Shown here in pieces: positions 52,850 to 62,435 of a stretch of 64,000 nt of DNA. The notes under the pieces are model-generated. The model was not told where the DNA came from, searched no databases, and was given only the letters and a program-made list of their open reading frames with translations. Every line of letters begins with the position of its first letter. Position 1 is the first letter of the stretch. This DNA comes from an uncultured candidate division Zixibacteria bacterium (GTDB taxonomy: Bacteria > Zixibacteria > MSB-5A5 > UBA10806). A program made the position numbers and the translations under genes. Where the stretch lies: the NCBI GenBank assembly GCA_963817915.1, contig CAWFQL010000017.1:276308-340307 (forward strand). The letters are read 5' to 3'.

Positions 52850-55800
52850 ATGTATTTATCCAATACTTCCATCAAACGGCCCGTATTCACCACCATGGTC
52901 ATATTGGCCCTGGTCGTCTTAGGCGTTGCTTCATACAACTTGATGAGCGTCGATCTGATGCCTGACGTCGATTTTCCATTTGTTGTCGTTACCATAGTAT
53001 ATCCGGGCGCTGGACCAGAAGCTGTCGCAAATGATGTCACGAAAAAAGTCGAGGACGCTGTCAATCCTATCAATGGAGTCAAGCATGTCACTTCGAACTC
53101 CATGGAAGGCTTCTCACAGGTCATGATCGAATTTTCACTGGAGACAAAATCACTCGATGCCGGGCAGGAAGTGCGCGAAAAGGTAGCCACAATCCGCGCC
53201 GATTTGCCCAGAGATATCGAAGCTCCAGTTATTCAGCGATTCGATCCCGCCAGCCAGCCCATTCTTTCGCTCGTAATGGCCAGCCCCCGTTCTTCGAAGG
53301 AATTGACTTCCATTGCAAAAAATATTTTAAAAAAGCGATTGGAATCGATCGAAGGAGTCGGCGCGGTTCAAATCATCGGCGGCAGTGAACGTGAATTCCA
53401 AGTCTTCCTCGATCTGGATGCGCTTAATGCTCGCCAGCTTACTTTCAATGAGGTTTCCAATGCCATCGCCGCCTCAAATTTCGAACTACCTGCCGGGCGT
53501 TTGGATCAAGGCCCCACAGAGATGCTGGTTCGTACAATGGGCCGGTTCCAGACAGTTAATGATATAAAAAATGTAGTCGTTAAAAATACTGAGGGAAAGG
53601 TAATTCGTCTCAGCGATATCGCCTCTGTAGCTGACACTATCAAAGAACAGCGCAGTATATCGCGCTATAATGGCAAAGAAGCGGTTACCCTTCAGATAAC
53701 CAGGCAATCCGGCTCCAATACTGTCAAGGTCGCCGAAAGCATCAAAGCCCGGCTTCAGAAAATTCAAGCAGAATTGCCTGCCGATGTCAAGGTAGAGATA
53801 GCAACCGACGGCTCCGTATTTATCAGAGAATCGGTAGATGATGTTCAGGTTACTATTCTTTATGGTGGCCTCTTAGCTATAGTTTGTATATTCCTATTTC
53901 TTACCAATATACCTTCAACGGTAATATCAGCCATCGCGATTCCCACTTCAATCGTGGCCACTTTCACGGTCATGAAGGCGCTGGGATTCACTCTCAATCT
54001 AATCACTTTGATGGGACTTTCGCTGGCTGTAGGGCTTCTTATCGATGATGCCATTGTCGTAATCGAGAATATCTACCGGCATTTGGCACAAGGCGAATCA
54101 TCGGAAGATGCGGCTCGAAACGGAACGTCTGAGATCGGCCTGGCCGTCATGGCAACGACCTTTTCGATTGTTGTAGTGTTTGTGCCTATTGCATTTATGT
54201 CGGGCATCGTAGGACGATTTTTCTATCAGTTCGGTTTGACTGTCGCGTTTGCGGTGATGGTTTCGCTCTTTGTCGCGTTTACATTGACTCCAATGCTTTC
54301 GGCCCGCTGGCTGCACAAAGAAGAAATGATTGAAAAGGGTTCTAAGAATCCCATAAAGATTATTTTGTATTATTGGAATCATGCCTTCGCAAGATTGAGC
54401 GATTTTTATAAGATCACTCTTCGCTGGGTCCTTCATCACAGGGCCATAACTCTTACCGCCGCAATTATCGGCTTTTTAGTATCCATGTATCTGGCAAAAT
54501 ATCTTGGAAGTACATTTACGCCTGACCAGGATAGATCGGAGCTCTATGTGTCCTTTGAGACTCGCCCCGGTTCGAGTATCGATAGAACCTCTCAGTTAGC
54601 CCAGGAACTCGAGCGCAAAATTGCGTCGCACAAGGATGTAGTTTATGCCCAGCTACTAACGGTCGGCGGTGAGAACATTCCAGTTAATCAAGGCAATATC
54701 TATGTAAAAATGGTGGAAAAAAACAAAAGAGATATTTCGGTTTTCAAATTCGTTACGATTCTGCGCAAGGAGTTGGCCGATATACCCGGGATGACACTTA
54801 ATATCAGCTTGGAACAGGGCCATGGTGGAGAAATGGCTGTAGAATATTCTGTCTGTGGACCTGATTACGATAAGTTGATTGTCCTTGCCGATAAAGTGGA
54901 AAAAACAATAAAAAATGCCCCCGGCGCGGTAGATGTTGAAAATAGCGAAAAGCAGGCGCGGCCGGAGCTTCGAATAGCAATTGATCGCGATGTTGCCGAT
55001 GATGCCGGCTTGAATTTGGCGGCAATAGGAACAACAGTGAGAAGCATGGTTGATGGCGCTGATGTCAGTCGTTTTAAAGAGGGCGAAGAGGAATATTATA
55101 TCAACGTAAGGTTAGCCCCCAAGTTCAGAACCGATATCGATAATTTGAATAATATCTTTATTCCGTCCTTCAAGAAAGTTGCGGGCAATGATTATAGTGT
55201 TCCATTAAGACAAGTGGCTCAAATATATGAAGCCAGCGCTCCCCAACAGATAAATCGTTATGACCGCCAGAGAGAAATAAAAATCGGCTCCAACGTAGGT
55301 GAAGGATTCAGCATGGGCGATATAACCAAGCACCTCGAAAGCAAAAGGGCTGAGCTTAATATACCGACAGGATACAGCGTCCAGACATCGGGTATGACTC
55401 AGATTCAAGAGGAATCCTTTACCAGCATTTTCACCGCGCTCGCGCTGGCAATCATCTTCATATATATCCTGTTGGCGTCACAATTTGAATCCTTTGTCGA
55501 TCCTTTTTCGATGGGAATGTCTCTCTTGATGGCTCCGGTCGGCGCCATTTTGGCGTTGCTCTTATTCGGTTCTCCGCTCTCGATAATGTCTTTGATAGGA
55601 ATGGTGCTTCTTATGGGACTTGTGACTAAAAACGCCATCCTGCTTGTCGACTTTATAAAGCAGGCGCGGCGTAGAGGAGTTGAAAGGGAAGAGGCAATCT
55701 TACAGGCAGGACCGATCAGGCTGCGCCCGATCATGATGACTTCTCTCGCCATGATCTTCGCCATGACACCGCTCGCCTTTGCTATCGGTCCGGGAGCCGA

Positions 55801-55942
55801 AATGCGTGCGCCGATGGCGCAGGCAGTCATTGGTGGCCTGGTATCGTCAACTATGCTGACATTGATTGTTGTGCCTATCGTATATACTCTACTCGATGAT
55901 TTAGTCGTGGCTCTTTCGGGAAAAGGCAAAAGTAAAAAGTAA
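52850..55942 (+). CDS. RND multidrug efflux permease (AcrB/HAE1 family)
   Basis: 1030 aa, 12 TM + two large periplasmic loops, conserved TM4 segment [17 protein letters not shown]. Confidence 0.9.
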   Translation: MYLSNTSIKRPVFTTMVILALVVLGVASYNLMSVDLMPDVDFPFVVVTIVYPGAGPEAVANDVTKKVEDAVNPINGVKHVTSNSMEGFSQVMIEFSLETKSLDAGQEVREKVATIRADLPRDIEAPVIQRFDPASQPILSLVMASPRSSKELTSIAKNILKKRLESIEGVGAVQIIGGSEREFQVFLDLDALNARQLTFNEVSNAIAASNFELPAGRLDQGPTEMLVRTMGRFQTVNDIKNVVVKNTEGKVIRLSDIASVADTIKEQRSISRYNGKEAVTLQITRQSGSNTVKVAESIKARLQKIQAELPADVKVEIATDGSVFIRESVDDVQVTILYGGLLAIVCIFLFLTNIPSTVISAIAIPTSIVATFTVMKALGFTLNLITLMGLSLAVGLLIDDAIVVIENIYRHLAQGESSEDAARNGTSEIGLAVMATTFSIVVVFVPIAFMSGIVGRFFYQFGLTVAFAVMVSLFVAFTLTPMLSARWLHKEEMIEKGSKNPIKIILYYWNHAFARLSDFYKITLRWVLHHRAITLTAAIIGFLVSMYLAKYLGSTFTPDQDRSELYVSFETRPGSSIDRTSQLAQELERKIASHKDVVYAQLLTVGGENIPVNQGNIYVKMVEKNKRDISVFKFVTILRKELADIPGMTLNISLEQGHGGEMAVEYSVCGPDYDKLIVLADKVEKTIKNAPGAVDVENSEKQARPELRIAIDRDVADDAGLNLAAIGTTVRSMVDGADVSRFKEGEEEYYINVRLAPKFRTDIDNLNNIFIPSFKKVAGNDYSVPLRQVAQIYEASAPQQINRYDRQREIKIGSNVGEGFSMGDITKHLESKRAELNIPTGYSVQTSGMTQIQEESFTSIFTALALAIIFIYILLASQFESFVDPFSMGMSLLMAPVGAILALLLFGSPLSIMSLIGMVLLMGLVTKNAILLVDFIKQARRRGVEREEAILQAGPIRLRPIMMTSLAMIFAMTPLAFAIGPGAEMRAPMAQAVIGGLVSSTMLTLIVVPIVYTLLDDLVVALSGKGKSKK

Positions 55943-55989
55943 GGAGACGCCGCAAATAGCAATAAGGGAACGCGGCGACTAAGCGGGGC

Positions 55990-57623
55990 ATGAAAATGCG
56001 ACCAGTAGATTTCAAAGAACTTGCCGGTTCCACCCGGCTATTCATTGATTTTATTGATTGCAACAAGCAAGGATTAGGTCTTTTTGATTGCGATTTCAGA
56101 TCGATCGAATCTTATAAAAAAGCGGCTGTAGAGATTGATAAAAATTCCTACAGCCGTAATCTTTTGGTTTCCAGCATCGAAGCCGCGACATCTTCCATAC
56201 ATCTTTCGAATAAAACCAGAGACAATATAAAAAGGCTTTCTCAGCCCGATTCGCTTATCGTATTTGCCGGACAGCAGGTAGGCATGCTCCTGGGGCCGAT
56301 GTATACAATGTATAAGGCATTGACAGCCTATAAACTGGCGAAATGGCTGGAATCAGAATTGCATCGTCCAGTTATACCCTGCTTTTGGATGGCAACAGAC
56401 GATCATGATTTTGATGAAATAAAAAGCTCGAATTTCCTGAGTAGAGATGGCGATATTAATATATCGACCTATTCTCCATCCGTCCCCAAACCCGGTCTAC
56501 CGATTGCTGAACTTAAAATTGATGATGGAATCCAGGGCTTTTTGCAGTCTATCAAAGAGAATTTGATCGAGACCGAATTTACCGGCCAAATCGTCAAATT
56601 GATCGAGGAATTTTATACTCCGGATAGGACATTGGTCGACTCATTCACCCTGCTTTTTGATCGATTGCTCGGCGATTACGGAATTGTCCCGGTCGATCCC
56701 AATTATCCTGGCATGAAAAAACTAATGGCCCCGGTATTTCAATCCGAAATCGAGAATCATAAAGAAGCGTTCGATCTCTTTGAAAGTAAATCCAGCGAGC
56801 TGCTGAAAGCCGGTTACCATAGGCAGGTTCACAAAACAGGTTCGACTCTTAATCTTTTTTACTTCGATGGCATCCGCCGCAATATCGTTTTTGCGGATGG
56901 TAAATTTCAGCTGGACGGGCATTCGGAAAAATTCGACAAAAATCGATTGCTGGAAATGCTGGCCTCGTCACCAGAGAAATTTTCTCCCAATGTCCTGCTT
57001 CGCCCCATAGCGCAATGCTGCGCGTTTCCTACCATAGCGCAAATTGTTGGGCCATCTGAGGCGGCTTATTTTGCCCAGATTGAGCCCCTATATCGGTTCT
57101 ATAATATTCCGCTGCCGGTTGTCAGGCCGAGAATCTTCGCCTCGTTTGTAGAGCCCCATATTTCAAAAGTAATGAAAAAACTATCTATTGATTTTGCTTC
57201 GTTGCATAATGATCGAGAACATGAAATCAGCAGAGTGATCGAGGATAATTTTCTTACCGATCTGCAGGGTGATATCGAATCGTGAAAACTCGGATTGAGC
57301 AAGCATTCGATGATTTCGCCAGGCCTCTGGAAAATACTGATAAAGAAAGCTTTCAGGTAATTGATCGTCATAAAAAGAAAATAGATTACGAGTTGAATCA
57401 TATGACTGAAAGACTGCTCGCCACTCACAAAAAAAGACATGATATGGTCAGGGGACAAATAGGCCGAACAGCATCATTCCTTTTTCCTGAAGGTAATTTT
57501 CAGGAGAGAGTACTTTCACCGATTTATTTCGTAAACAAATTCGGGCCGAATATTTTCCAAAATATGGAAATTGAACTTGATTTAAATTCATTTGGCCACC
57601 AACTGATCGAGGTTGAGCCGTGA
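55990..57623 (+). CDS. bshC: Bacillithiol biosynthesis cysteine-adding enzyme BshC, with an apparent frameshift near 57280
   Basis: BshC N-terminal signature LIVFAGQQVGMLLGPMYTMYKALTAYKLA...PCFWMATDDHD. The C-terminal coiled-coil part continues in ORF 57282..57623. Confidence 0.75.
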
Positions 57624-58744
57624 AAGTCGGTATTGTGTGCTATCCGGTGAAGGGCGGCTCCGGCGTTGTCGCGTCGGAGCTTGGACTGGCGCTATCAACA
57701 ATGGGAGTGGAGGTGCATTTCTTTTCTTACGCGCTGCCGTTTAGATTAACAGGATTTGACTCCAAATTTATTTTTCATGAAGTCGAAGTATCCCAATATC
57801 CATTATTTAAGCATCCTCCTTACACACTTACCCTGGCTTCAAGGCTGGCCGAGGAATCCAAGCGAAATGGTCTTGATATCATTCATGTGCACTATGCGAT
57901 CCCCCATGCTATAAGCGGCTATATCGCCAAGCAAATACTCGGCACGAAAAAGCCTAAACTCATTACGACCCTCCATGGAACCGATATTACTTTGATCGGT
58001 CTTGATCCTTCATTTTTCGCGGTCACCAAATTTTCCATGGAATCATCCGATGCCTTAACAACGGTCAGCAAATATATTCATGATAAAACTTATTCGTCGT
58101 TCGGGATAAAGAAGCCAATCAAGGTTATTCCGAATTTTGTTGATAATGACCGTTTTAAACCGAACCAGGCAGGATGCGATCGGTCGATATTCGCTCTGCC
58201 GAATGAAAAAATTATCATGCATTTATCCAATTATAGGTCTGTCAAGAATTCCAGGGACGTTGTTCGGATATTCAAAATTGTAAATGAAAAAATGCCATCA
58301 AAATTAGTTCTCGTTGGGGATGGACCTGATGCGCCCAACGTTATGTCATTGGCCAATGATATGGGAATAGGAGATAGAACAATATTTCTGGGCGCGCAGG
58401 ACGCTGTCGAATCGATTCTTTGCAAGGCTGATCTGTTTCTGCTGCCATCGGCTTCAGAAGCTTTCGGATTGGCGGCGCTGGAAGCATTGGCTTGCGGAGT
58501 ACCGGTGGTTGGTACGATCGTTGGCGGATTACCCGAACTTATTAAGGATGGGGAAGTAGGATATCTCGAGCCGGTCGGCGATTATGAAGCGATGGCGAGA
58601 CGATCATTGGAGATTTTATCAAATGACGGACTTCATGCAAAGATGTCTAAAAACGCAAGGACTTTAACGGTTGAAAAATATGACACAAAAGATATCGTCA
58701 AGCAATATTATAAATATTATCAAGAGGTGCTAAATGAAGCTTGA
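57620..58744 (+). CDS. bshA: N-acetyl-alpha-D-glucosaminyl L-malate synthase BshA (GT4 glycosyltransferase)
   Basis: MKVGIVCYPVKGGSGVVASELGLALSTMGVEVHFF N-terminus typical of BshA; GT4 C-terminal domain. Confidence 0.8.
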   Translation: MKVGIVCYPVKGGSGVVASELGLALSTMGVEVHFFSYALPFRLTGFDSKFIFHEVEVSQYPLFKHPPYTLTLASRLAEESKRNGLDIIHVHYAIPHAISGYIAKQILGTKKPKLITTLHGTDITLIGLDPSFFAVTKFSMESSDALTTVSKYIHDKTYSSFGIKKPIKVIPNFVDNDRFKPNQAGCDRSIFALPNEKIIMHLSNYRSVKNSRDVVRIFKIVNEKMPSKLVLVGDGPDAPNVMSLANDMGIGDRTIFLGAQDAVESILCKADLFLLPSASEAFGLAALEALACGVPVVGTIVGGLPELIKDGEVGYLEPVGDYEAMARRSLEILSNDGLHAKMSKNARTLTVEKYDTKDIVKQYYKYYQEVLNEA

Positions 58745-59444
58745 TGTCTTAGCCATTGCGGCTCATCGCGATGATACCGAAATTGTCAGCGGCGGGACTA
58801 TAATAAAAATGGTCGACCTGGGGTATTCTGTCGGCATTCTTGATCTAACCGCGGGCGAGGCTGGTTCTCGCGGCGATGCCAATACCCGCGCCGAAGAATC
58901 TGCCAATGCAACAAAGATCATGGGCCTGCAATATCGCTATAACCTCCAGTTGCCCGACGCCGGGTTATTTCTTACTCAGGAAAACGCTCTCAAGGTCGCG
59001 ATGATTATCCGTGAAACCAGACCCGAAATGGTAATCTTGCCATATTGGAAGCAAAGACATCCAGATCATTCAACAGCAGGCGATATAGGATATCGAGGAT
59101 GCTTTTTGGCAGGGCTTTCAAAAATGCGAATCCCGGGCGATGCTTATAGGCCCCGGAAAATCATTTATTCGACTTCATTCACCGAAACCGAACATGCGTT
59201 CATTGTCGATATCACCGAACAATACAAACGAAAATGCGAAGCCGTAGCCTGCTATAAAACTCAATTCGAAGAAAAACCCGGCCAGCGGGAAGTATACCCA
59301 CCTGCCCGCGATATTTTCGATTACATGGAAATCCGTAATAGACAGTATGGATATATGATTGGTGTTCGTTATGGCGAGGCCTTCATTCAGAAGGAAATGC
59401 TATCCGTCGAAGACCCGCTAAAATTGCCCGGCAAATCGATATAG
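58734..59444 (+). CDS. bshB: LmbE/PIG-L family deacetylase, BshB-like
   Basis: AHRDDTEIVSGGT (AHPDDE-type zinc motif) ...HPDH; adjacent to bshC and bshA. Confidence 0.7.
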   Translation: MKLDVLAIAAHRDDTEIVSGGTIIKMVDLGYSVGILDLTAGEAGSRGDANTRAEESANATKIMGLQYRYNLQLPDAGLFLTQENALKVAMIIRETRPEMVILPYWKQRHPDHSTAGDIGYRGCFLAGLSKMRIPGDAYRPRKIIYSTSFTETEHAFIVDITEQYKRKCEAVACYKTQFEEKPGQREVYPPARDIFDYMEIRNRQYGYMIGVRYGEAFIQKEMLSVEDPLKLPGKSI

Positions 59445-59466
59445 AATTTAGTGATTTATATTATGC

Positions 59467-59506
59467 AGAGACTTGCGTTCGCAAGTCTCTATGCTGTTTT
59501 CTTTTT
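59467..59506. terminator. Convergent-gene intrinsic terminator (11-bp perfect stem agagacttgcg/cgcaagtctct, then a T-rich tract on the + strand)
   Basis: The hairpin lies between the bshB stop and the stop of the minus-strand polyferredoxin gene. Confidence 0.6.
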
Positions 59507-61156
59507 TCTCAATAACAGCGATCGGCTTGGATCGCGGGTTTCGCCCGCCGATGTGATATAGACTCCCGGTTTCCCGGAGACCGGACAAACATTTTCGCAA
59601 ACGCCGCAGCCGGTGCATTTGTCAGGATCAATATGCGGCAATTTTATTTTAGTCATGTTGCCGTTTCTATCCTTGATCTCGGTCTCTTCCAACCAGATAG
59701 CTTTGGGAGATGTTGGACACCATTCCTCGCAGACTATACATGGCACTCCCATTGCCCAGGGCAGACATCGACCCTTATCATAAAATGCGGTCCCGATCTT
59801 CGTGGCCGGATTATTTTGATCGCCGATTTTAGTTTTGACATCGATATTTGCAATCGCCCCGGTCGGACAGGTATTGCCGCAAAGCACGCAATAATGCTCA
59901 CAATATCCTATTCTGGCAATCAATACAGGCGTGAAAATGCCTTCCCAGCCGGTTTCGAGTAGGGCGGGATGCAACGCATTATTAGGACATATCTTCATGC
60001 ATTGGCCGCAACGAATGCATCGCTTCAGAAAATCCTCTTCTATCAAGGAGCCCGGCGGCCTGATAAATGACTCATCGCTTACGAATTTTTCGCTTGATCT
60101 TAAAATCGGATATGTGATAACCCCCGCAACGCTGGCGATAACTGCTCGGCGAGTTGTCAGATCAGGAATAGCTTTATATTGATCAGTCTTAGCCTGAAAT
60201 CTAAATGAAATGACATTTTCGGGACAGATCGCCTGGCAATTCAGACACATATGACATTCAGCTCTGCGGTGAGGAACTAATCCCTGAGGATCATCGCCCC
60301 CCTGGCAATTCAAAAGACAAAGATTACATTCTGTGCATTTATCATTATCCTTATGAAGTCCAAATATCGAATAACGGCTTAGTAGCCCCAACGTCGCCCC
60401 CAACGGACACAGGCCTCTGCACCAGAATCGGGTGAAGACGCGATTGGCAGCTAAAATCGCCGCGAACATAATAGCCAACCAGAAAACTCCCTGGAAATGC
60501 GGCTGCTTAAAATAAATTATCGTGCCCGATCCAAGTGCATATATGCCTTTGCCGATCAGAGCCAGAATCTGAAAATGCGAGTTGCTCAACTGATTTGCCA
60601 GGCTGCTCAACCCGTAATTGAATGCCGGAATCAGCACCAATCCAATTGACCTGCCTGCAATTGTAATTGGGTCCAGCAATCCTGTTTGCAGCGAACCCAT
60701 TAAGGCGAGGGCAATCAGCCCTAAAAGCAGATAATATTTCCAAGCCTGATACTTATGATATTTATTGGATTCGATAAGTTTTTTGCCGCGACGGCTTTCT
60801 CTTTCCGAGGAAAAACTCGAAAACAATTGATTGATTGTGCCGAGCGGGCAAATCCAGCCGCAAAAAAATCTACCGAAGAAGATTGTCGCGATTATTATAA
60901 ATAGAGATAATAAAATCGAGCCATAAACTATCCGCGATGACAGACCGGTAGCAATCCCGGTAAGGGGATCAATATTAAAAAAGAGATTTAGCCACGGAGA
61001 TATGGTTGTCGCAATTTCGGGGTTCTTAAACGATGTGAATGAAAATTCGGTCAAATACAGAAGGACTATAAAAAATGATAGAAATATACCTTGGATAATT
61101 CTACGTAATGATCTGATGCGCTTGATAGTCTGAGTTGGATATTGCTCGCTTGGCAC
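59489..61156 (-). CDS. NapH/MauN/CcoG-like integral-membrane polyferredoxin (TM domain with two CxxxCP motifs plus ~6 [4Fe-4S] CxxCxxCxxxCP motifs)
   Basis: FCGWICPLG and CRGLCPLG sit in the TM region. Ferredoxin motifs: CTECNLCLLNC, CHMCLNCQAICP, CIRCGQCMKICP, CVLCGNTCPTG, CIVCEEWCP, CTGCGVCENVCP. Confidence 0.7.
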   Translation of the reverse strand: MPSEQYPTQTIKRIRSLRRIIQGIFLSFFIVLLYLTEFSFTSFKNPEIATTISPWLNLFFNIDPLTGIATGLSSRIVYGSILLSLFIIIATIFFGRFFCGWICPLGTINQLFSSFSSERESRRGKKLIESNKYHKYQAWKYYLLLGLIALALMGSLQTGLLDPITIAGRSIGLVLIPAFNYGLSSLANQLSNSHFQILALIGKGIYALGSGTIIYFKQPHFQGVFWLAIMFAAILAANRVFTRFWCRGLCPLGATLGLLSRYSIFGLHKDNDKCTECNLCLLNCQGGDDPQGLVPHRRAECHMCLNCQAICPENVISFRFQAKTDQYKAIPDLTTRRAVIASVAGVITYPILRSSEKFVSDESFIRPPGSLIEEDFLKRCIRCGQCMKICPNNALHPALLETGWEGIFTPVLIARIGYCEHYCVLCGNTCPTGAIANIDVKTKIGDQNNPATKIGTAFYDKGRCLPWAMGVPCIVCEEWCPTSPKAIWLEETEIKDRNGNMTKIKLPHIDPDKCTGCGVCENVCPVSGKPGVYITSAGETRDPSRSLLLRKKKTA

Positions 61157-62131
61157 TTATGAAAGTTCCTTTTCTGTCAGGCTATATCCGCTTAATTTCC
61201 CCAAGCCTCGTTTTTCACCCATCGATAAATATTCAAGGTCCTCCGGCTTTAATTTCAAAAATTTGCTCGAATATGAATCCGCGGCTACTTGATCTGTTGA
61301 TGCTATTACCGTATCGTGAATTTCGACATCCGATGGACTTCCACCAACCGGGCCATTCCGCATCATCACTCGAGTCGCGTCGACTACTATCAACGATGGG
61401 CGGAAGAAATCAGATAAATCGACAATCGATGTGTCGATCTGTTGATGAAGCTTATTGCGCGCGCCCCCCAGAACACCAAACCAGTTTTTCATCCCGATAG
61501 TCGCTTTCGACATGCCATGGTGTTTGACTACCGGCATATTGATTAGCTTATCGCATTCGACAAAGGGCCTCAATACCTGCCATTCACCGAGAATCTCGCC
61601 GCCCAGGTCAATGTTGACATACATCCTATCCTCAGGCAAAATCAACTCTACTCCCAAGTCTTTCATAGCCGCCGTGATTCCAGAACGTGGAAAGCATCTG
61701 CGTGGGTCATTGCAGGAGATATCGGTAACAATGACTTTCTTGGCCCCGGCGTTTAGGCATTCCAAAGCAACCGCCTTTACCAATTCAGGGTGGGTATTGG
61801 CTCCCTGTTCGGGCGTCCTGTCCCATCCGATATTCGGCTTGATCGTGACTATGTCGCCTTTTGATATGAATCTGCCAATGCCTCCAATCAGGCCTATCGC
61901 GGCCAGCGTCGCCTTCGCGTAATCCGATGATTTTACTGACACGACATCGGGAAATCCGGTATCGACCGGAATCCTTCGATCCCCCTTATAAATACCCTTA
62001 GCTGTTTCAGTTGGTGTATATTCATTTTGAGCCAGGAGATAACCGCCCCCGCCGAAAACTGTGGCCATCAGAGCCGCCTTGCCGGTGAGAGTCATAAAAT
62101 CGCGTCGCTTTAGTTTGTCATCGGACATCAA
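61157..62131 (-). CDS. Tat-signal (twin-arginine) exported DUF362-domain protein
   Basis: N-terminus MMSDDKLKRRDFMTLTGKAALMATVFGGGG (RRxFxK Tat motif). The rest matches the DUF362 family pattern. Its stop abuts the start of the downstream polyferredoxin gene (0-nt gap). Confidence 0.6.
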   Translation of the reverse strand: MMSDDKLKRRDFMTLTGKAALMATVFGGGGYLLAQNEYTPTETAKGIYKGDRRIPVDTGFPDVVSVKSSDYAKATLAAIGLIGGIGRFISKGDIVTIKPNIGWDRTPEQGANTHPELVKAVALECLNAGAKKVIVTDISCNDPRRCFPRSGITAAMKDLGVELILPEDRMYVNIDLGGEILGEWQVLRPFVECDKLINMPVVKHHGMSKATIGMKNWFGVLGGARNKLHQQIDTSIVDLSDFFRPSLIVVDATRVMMRNGPVGGSPSDVEIHDTVIASTDQVAADSYSSKFLKLKPEDLEYLSMGEKRGLGKLSGYSLTEKELS

Positions 62132-62373
62132 AGTCTCCTTTCAATGGTTAGCCCAATATCATCAAAATATCGCGGATAATCAAGGAAATGGTCGATTGAT
62201 TCCCTAAATGGTTGATTCAAAAATAGCTTGTTTTTGTAGAAATGCATCCTAAATTAATGCGGTGAAGATATGAATGAAAGTAAGTCGAATTAGTTGAAGG
62301 ATGGTTACAGGTAAGTTCTAAAAGAATATAGATTAAGCTGGATATTTAATTTCCGATATTTTATATTAGCCTT

Positions 62374-62399
62374 AACGGGAATGGTCCCGTTTTTGTTTT
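62374..62399 (+). terminator. Terminator-like hairpin (aacggga-atgg-tcccgtt + T5) in the divergent intergenic region ~35 nt upstream of valS
   Basis: Perfect 7-bp stem plus ttttt. Confidence 0.4.
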
Positions 62400-62435
62400 A
62401 GAATTATTTGAAGAGGTTTAGATAGTTTAGAAGCC

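Noticed and set aside
59633-60182. Plus-strand ORFs of 83-109 aa
   Set aside because: They are nested antisense within the minus-strand polyferredoxin gene, whose Cys-motif conservation defines the true frame.
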